From the NCBI GenBank assembly GCA_964016885.1, contig OZ024756.1, forward strand, positions 10,292,001 through 10,356,000: a stretch of DNA of 64,000 nt, written 5' to 3'. Under the pieces are notes generated by a model. That model saw nothing but the letters and a program-made list of their open reading frames with translations, was not told the DNA's origin and did no database searches. Position numbers and translations under genes: made by a program. The stretch is from Eledone cirrhosa (lineage: Eukaryota). This document shows, in pieces, positions 56,183 through 64,000 of this stretch; within the stretch, counting starts at the first letter, position 1; each line of letters opens with the position of its first letter.

Positions 56183-57674
56183 TCTCTCTCTCTATATATA
56201 TATATACATGCACACACACACATAATATATATACAGTGAAATTCCGTTATAACGAAATTCACGCAGTATAAAAATAATTCGTTGTAACGAAACATTTTAT
56301 ATAACCGTTTGTTTGTTGTTCAATTGTATTTTAGTTATGGTGTTTCACATGGAACCTTATAGTTATAACCCAGGGAAGTATAGAGTCCAAGTGAAAATAT
56401 AAGACAACATATAATCTAAGAAGGTTAAAGAAAAGAAGGAAAAACAAGTGAAAAGAAAGAAAAAGTTAAAAGGAAAAGGTAGAAAAAAACCATTCAAATA
56501 ATTATTCTCATTTAGAAAGTATTTTTTATGTTGGCCAGCTAAAATCTTTCCTCCACTCAATTGTATCAAGTTCATTAGTTAATCCTAACTTTCCTGTAAA
56601 ATATTACTGATTTCAACAAGAACTTTTTGGCTAAAACCACTAACAATAACAAATATGTTTGTTTCGAGAGAAGACCCCTATGTTGTTACTTGACCTGTTG
56701 GAAATAGCAGCCAAATTTCTTTCAGGTCACATTACCTTCTTGAATTAGGAAAGGACTGTTTGGTCGGTTGCTTTAAGCCACAGTTTAGAGACAATCGGGA
56801 ACTAAACGGGGGTTAGTTCCCTAATGATATATATATCAGGATTGAGTAATCCAAGTTTCAGTTTGACATATTATTCGTAATCACGTGTAACACGTGTTTC
56901 ATGAATGTATTATATTTATTTCTTCTCCACTGTTTTTGATACATCTCAAAATTCTGTTTAGGCAGCCGTCCCTGCTGGGCGGGTTTTTTAGGGCTCCACT
57001 TAAGTCAACATAAGCAACACATACAACCACGTGTGACTACACACCAAAAACAAGAAATCAATCACTGAAATATTGACTTAAATAGTCCTTACAAACCTAA
57101 GGTAACACAACAAAAGCCTACTTGGTCTTACCTGGACGAAAGCTAGGAAATTCCACAATTTATTATTCATCTGAACATTATCTCCATAATTATGTGGTTG
57201 GTGCCAGTAAATCTCTCAACAAGATTTCTGCTGTTAACCTGGCTTCCACACACTGAAGCATTAACACTGCAGTAACTCAACCACTCTTATAACACGTGGG
57301 TTACATTTACAAGCAAAAGAAAAGAAAACACGTAAAGATTAATTCAAATACAAACAGAAAGAAAGATCTATCGCCTTGCTTCTCCACATTTTTATTGGAG
57401 ATTCTCATTCAACATCTGCTAACACAATAAGTTAGTTTCAGAAGCCCCAAGTTCGAGAAGTGATTCAGTAATCTTGGTAAAGTTAAACCTACATAAGTAG
57501 ATATAATTCAGACTAAGGGTCAGACCTGCTTTTATGAGTAGTAAGAGACAATAATATATGGAAGGAGGAGGAGTGAGAGAGATAGAAAGACAAAACTGTG
57601 TTAATTCTCTCTCCCCCCTCTCTTCTTTTACTCTATCTACCTCTTAAGTGTTCATTTCACTGTTTTATTGTCTT

Positions 57675-57705
57675 ACTAGCAGTGTATCCCGGCGTTGCAC
57701 GAGTA
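57675..57705 (-). mobile_element. Helitron-like 3' terminus at the array boundary
   Basis: ACTAGCAGTGTATCCCGGCGTTGCACGAGT: on the minus strand, an imperfect GC-rich hairpin, spacer, then CTAG-T. Confidence 0.55.
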
Positions 57706-58089
57706 AGAACATTGGTAATAGCACCTCCAATGAGAAACCTTTATTTGTGAGTGCCTGTTAAAAACTCACAAACTGCACATGCTCACTGACATCCAGAGTT
57801 CACACTGCACTCAGTACTCGTGTGGGAGACCCTGCATGGACACACTGGAAGAGGAAGACCGAGGTGAACATATGTTGATGCCCTCAAGACAGACACTGGT
57901 CTGTTGGAGACGTAGGACATGGCAGTGATAATGAAGGACAGAGACCGCTGGAGAGACCTCGTCCATGGATCTCGGGAATTTTGCCCGCCCTAGATAGATT
58001 GATAAATAGATTTTTATGTGTATATTTATATGTATATGTATATCTATACATATATATAAAAGTGAAATTGTGTGTGTGTGTGTGTGTTC

Positions 58090-58290
58090 TCATTTTTGCA
58101 CCGTCAAGGAAGCACCAGAAATGTTGCACCCCCAGCGCGTGTTTGCGCATCATCAGCCACGGCATGCCAAGCCCTCCACGCAACTGGTGTTGACAGCAGA
58201 TGAATCGTCTGACCATGGGAGCACGTCCCTTCCATAAAAAGCGGTAGAGGAGGCGCTCCATGTTTGTCAGAGTTGGGCCGGGGCAATATT
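58090..58290 (-). mobile_element. L1/Tx1-clade ORF2 fragment (post-RT region)
   Basis: ERLLYRFLWKG...VRRFICCQHQLRGGLGMP matches the FxW...GGLG motif. Confidence 0.7.
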
Positions 58291-58407
58291 TCCTAATTCC
58301 ACTTAATTCCATTAAATATTCAATCTTGGTCGAAATAAATATTTTCATCTGTGACGATCTGTACAACCAATCATAGTAGGAGTCACGTTACATGATATGT
58401 ATATATA

Positions 58408-58483
58408 CAGGGTGTCCCCAAAATATGTATACATATTTACATAGACTGTAGTTGACGTGTGTATACATTTTGGGGAGACCCTG
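58408..58483. mobile_element. 76-bp Tc1/mariner-type MITE
   Basis: TA|CAGGGTGTCCCCAAAATATGTATACA ... TGTATACATTTTGGGGAGACCCTG|TA. Confidence 0.8.
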
Positions 58484-58546
58484 TATATATTTCATATATA
58501 CCTATATATGTTAAAAGATGATTGATATATATATATATCTACACTC

Positions 58547-58609
<63 letters not shown>

Positions 58610-58837
58610 AAAGATATATATACTCTTACGTGTATACGGCTGAAAATATATATATGTATATAAACACATACTTAAACATACATGTTGTATAGTTGGACAT
58701 TTATACATATACAATAACTTATTTCTATACATACATATACCACAAGTAAGGCATGGTCCTGCCAATTAACCAGACCTCCCTCATAATGGACCAGCTAGAT
58801 CCCAAAATACCGGCCTGCTAGCCAACACACAGTCCCA

Positions 58838-58957
58838 ATATATATATATACATACATATATGTATATATATATACACATATATACATATATATATATACA
58901 TATATATACATATATATATATATACATATATATATACATATATATACATATATATAC

Positions 58958-59034
<77 letters not shown>

Positions 59035-59150
59035 TATATATATATAGATATATATATATATAGATATATACATATATATATATATAGAGAGAGAGATATA
59101 TATATATAGATATATACATATATATAGATATATATATATACATACATATA
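58838..59150. repeat. TA/TACA/GA compound microsatellite
   Basis: Seen directly. Confidence 0.95.
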
Positions 59151-60034
59151 ATCCAATTCCTTCTATAGATAACACTAGGTCACTCGTTAATAATCTCTCT
59201 CATCGCAATTGCAATTGCCCTGCTAAAAATAAATGTCCTCTCAACAACCATTGTCTTGATAAAAACTTAATCTACGAATGTAAAGTTATAACTGACACCA
59301 ATTCCTTCCCCTATTTTGGCTCCACTTCCACCTCTTTTAAAGCTCGTCTTTATAATCATCATTCGTCTTTTAAATACCAACTTAAAAGAACCAACACGGC
59401 TCTCTCAGAACTCATATGGTCCTTGAACGACAAAAATATTAAATATAACATCTCTTGGAAAAAGGTTTCCTCTGCTTCTCCAAACTTGAACAGTTCTCTA
59501 TCCAAGACTTGCAATCTCTGTCTAAATGAAAAATTTACCATTATATCTAATTTAGATTCTATAATAAATAGACGCACTGACTTGTTTTCTATCTGCTTGC
59601 ATAAATTCCACAGAACTTTCCATAAAGTATACAGCTAATATCCTAAACTTTATCAATTCAGAATCCTTTTCTCAAGGGCACATATATATATATATACTTC
59701 TTTTAAAATATACCCATCTTTCTACCTTATTTCAAAGTTATTTATTATATTCTATATCACTCCTATTTATCACTTCCCTTTCTTCCTTTTCCTTTTCTTT
59801 TCTTTTTCTTTTAATTTCTAACCCCTAATCTGTACCTTTTCTCACTCTGCCTAACATAGAAACAATTATTACACAATACTTTATATCACCTTGAAAAAAT
59901 CCTTCGTAAACATAAACATTTTTTTTGACGTTAGATTATTCATCCTCTATTCATTATTTTTTTCTCCCTTTCATCTAACTTATTCATGCTCATCTCACAA
60001 TATATCCTTACTTACATTACTTTTGTTTTTTTTT

Positions 60035-60270
60035 AATAATACATATCAACACTTTCTTTCCATCGCACATATTATTAAACCCTTAAATATTATTCTTAAT
60101 ACATATTAACATTTTCTTTCCATCGCACATATTATTAAACCCTTAAATATTATTTTTAATACATATTAACAATTTCTTTTCATCGCACATATTATTAAAC
60201 CCTTAAATATTATTCTTAATACATATTAACAATTTCTTTTCATCGCACATATTATTAAACCCTTCAATAT
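60035..60270. repeat. 60-bp tandem repeat, ~4 copies
   Basis: CATCGCACATATTATTAAACCCTT at 60061, 60121, 60181 and 60241. Confidence 0.95.
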
Positions 60271-60618
60271 ACAAACCTTAACTTTACATTATTTTTCTCT
60301 TCGTTAATTTTCAAATTCTTTTAATTTATACATTATCTTCCAACGGTTTTTCAACCTCTCTATGTAATACAATATATTTTTCTCAGTTATAAAAGCTATC
60401 TCTCTCTATCACCCATCTCTCCTCCTATCTCATCCTTCCAAATTATACCCCCCTCCCTCCATTTTTTACTCTCATCTCCTCTTTTTCATCCTTTCACCCC
60501 CCCCCCCTAAAACATTTTTTTCCCCCCAATATCACACATCAATCTAAAACTACTTTTCATATGTTGATTTAAAACTGCACTATCCACAAGTGTTTTTAAC
60601 CTTCATATCATGTCTTCC

Positions 60619-60689
60619 TATTTTATCTGATGAAAACACAAATGTTATTGCATGATGATATTTGTTTTTGAAATGCGCATAATAAAATA
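60619..60689 (+). ncRNA. Minimal type I hammerhead ribozyme (Penelope-associated)
   Basis: Stem I TATTTTAT/ATAAAATA; core CTGATGA 60627-60633; stem II ACAAATGTTATT/GATGATATTTGT; GAAA 60670-60673; palindromic ATGCGCAT stem III; AUA cleavage triplet ending at 60681. Confidence 0.8.
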
Positions 60690-60719
60690 CATGGAACTCA
60701 TTTAACCATCTTTTGATCT

Positions 60720-60883
60720 TATATAATATACATACATATATATATACATACATATACATATATATAGATATATATATACATACATATATATATACATACA
60801 TACATATATACATATATATATACATACATACATATATACATACATATATATACATATATATATATATATATACATATATATAC

Positions 60884-60918
<35 letters not shown>

Positions 60919-61503
60919 CATACATATATATACATATATATATATATATACATTTATATATATATATACATATATATATATACATTTATAAATATATATA
61001 TATATATACATATGTATATATATATTGGTTTATTTTCATAATATGTATATATATATTGGTTTATTTTCATAATACATATATATATATACATGTATATATA
61101 TACCTATATATATATACATATATATACATATCTATATATATATACATATATATACATATCTATATATATACATATATATACATATCTATATATATACATA
61201 TCTATATATATATGTATATATACATATCTATATATATACATATCTATCATCATCATCATCATCATCATCATCAACGTTTAACGTCCGTGTTCCACGCTTA
61301 TATACATATCTATATATATACATATACATATATATACATATATATATATATATACACATATATATATACATATCTATATATACACATATATATACATATA
61401 TATATATATACATATCTATATATATACATATATACACATATATATATATATATACATATCTATACATATATACATATATATATATACATATCTATATATA
61501 TAC

Positions 61504-61534
<31 letters not shown>

Positions 61535-61597
61535 GATATCTATACATATACATATATAAATATATATATATATATATATACATATATATACATATAT
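60720..61597. repeat. TA/TACA/TATC low-complexity tract with an embedded reversed SINE tail ((CAT)n at ~61247-61299)
   Basis: Seen directly. Confidence 0.9.
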
Positions 61598-62213
61598 GGT
61601 GGCTGCCAACTCGTTTTCGAGTACGGCCACTACTTTATATCCATGTAGGAGAACCCCTACCAATGCGCTGAACGAGTGTGACTTTTTAGTCCAGCCAGCG
61701 ACTTGAAAACTCTGGTACAAACACTACACCTGTGACAATTATTGACACATAGTGCTGGGCCCATGGTACCATGTGATGACATGTGCAGAGAGATCAGAGA
61801 TCTCCAGATATAAAGCAATGCCTGTGCCGTGAAGCTTTTATAGTGAGCAAAGGCACTGCACAAAGCCAGTCCCACTCTCTTAACCAAGATGATATTTACC
61901 GAAAAGAAGAACAAGTCAACATCATTGGATACCATCAGGGTTGCAGGTGTTATATCAGAGTTTTCCTTCTCCTAGAATTCTGCCTTGACAAAGGCTAAGG
62001 GGTCATCTCTCCCAGTGATTTTGGATGGCCATTGACTCTAAAGAGCTCCTTTGCCCTTTGACAGGTTTTGTTTTTAATCCTGCAGGATGTCCAAAGTCAC
62101 CCTCCTCACCAAGAAACCTTGGTGGGGTTGCCAGTTTAGTCGCCAACGACCCGACCATGGGACAGGTTGTACTCGGATACATGTTACCAGTAGCACCAAC
62201 TGGTGACCTGACA
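61598..62213 (-). mobile_element. Non-autonomous RTE-derived (bipartite-type) element, uninverted copy, inserted in TA repeats
   Basis: 3' part encodes [22 protein letters not shown], like an RTE/BovB C-terminal finger; homologous to 4252-4755. Confidence 0.7.
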
Positions 62214-62219
62214 CATATA

Positions 62220-62257
<38 letters not shown>

Positions 62258-62536
62258 CAAACATATATATACATATATATATATACATATATAAATTTTA
62301 GTACAGCATGGACGAAGCTCTAGTATACGGCCAAGCTAGCGTGTATGCTTAGTCGGGTTGTAGCTTTAGCACTCATATGAGGTAAGACCCCAGAGTATAA
62401 CATTATGTTCAGACAGCTTAGCAAATTAGATATAGCAGTTGGCAGTCTGACCGCATCACTAGAGCAATGAAAATACAGGACCCAGGTAAAGATTTTTTAC
62501 TGACCTGGACATAACGCTGAGGCTGGGTGTAAAATC

Positions 62537-64000
<1,464 letters not shown>

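Larger units (their letters stand above)
59150..60715 (+). mobile_element. 5'-truncated Penelope-like element: GIY-YIG endonuclease (frame open ~59150-59638) plus 3' UTR
   Basis: CNCPAKNKCPLNNHCLDKNLIYECKV...YFGSTSTSFKARLYNHHSSF...TALSELIW...CNLCLNEK; hammerhead ribozyme at the 3' end. Confidence 0.88.

Overview
Eukaryotic, AT-rich, repeat-dense DNA. The SINE/RTE repertoire, (TA)n tracts and [15 protein letters not shown] fingers suggest an octopus/cephalopod C2H2 zinc-finger cluster; this is inferred, not confirmed. Positions 1-57692 are a head-to-tail tandem array of a ~17-kb unit: a partial copy (1-6719), unit A (6720-23650), unit B (23651-40391) and the more diverged, ancestral-looking unit C (40392-57692). 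Each unit holds one minus-strand tandem C2H2 zinc-finger gene (13, 17 and 11 in-frame fingers), a ~1.45-kb 61-bp minisatellite derived from the 3' end of an RTE LINE ORF, an RTE-clade LINE, SINEs, a Merlin DNA-transposon relic and MITEs. The flanks look almost identical between units, but finger number, order and recognition helices differ strongly. The array ends inside a Helitron-like 3' terminus. The unique tail (57693-64000) has an L1/Tx1 fragment, a 76-bp MITE, a Penelope-like GIY-YIG fragment with a minimal hammerhead ribozyme, a non-autonomous RTE derivative and another RTE LINE. No prokaryotic features are present.
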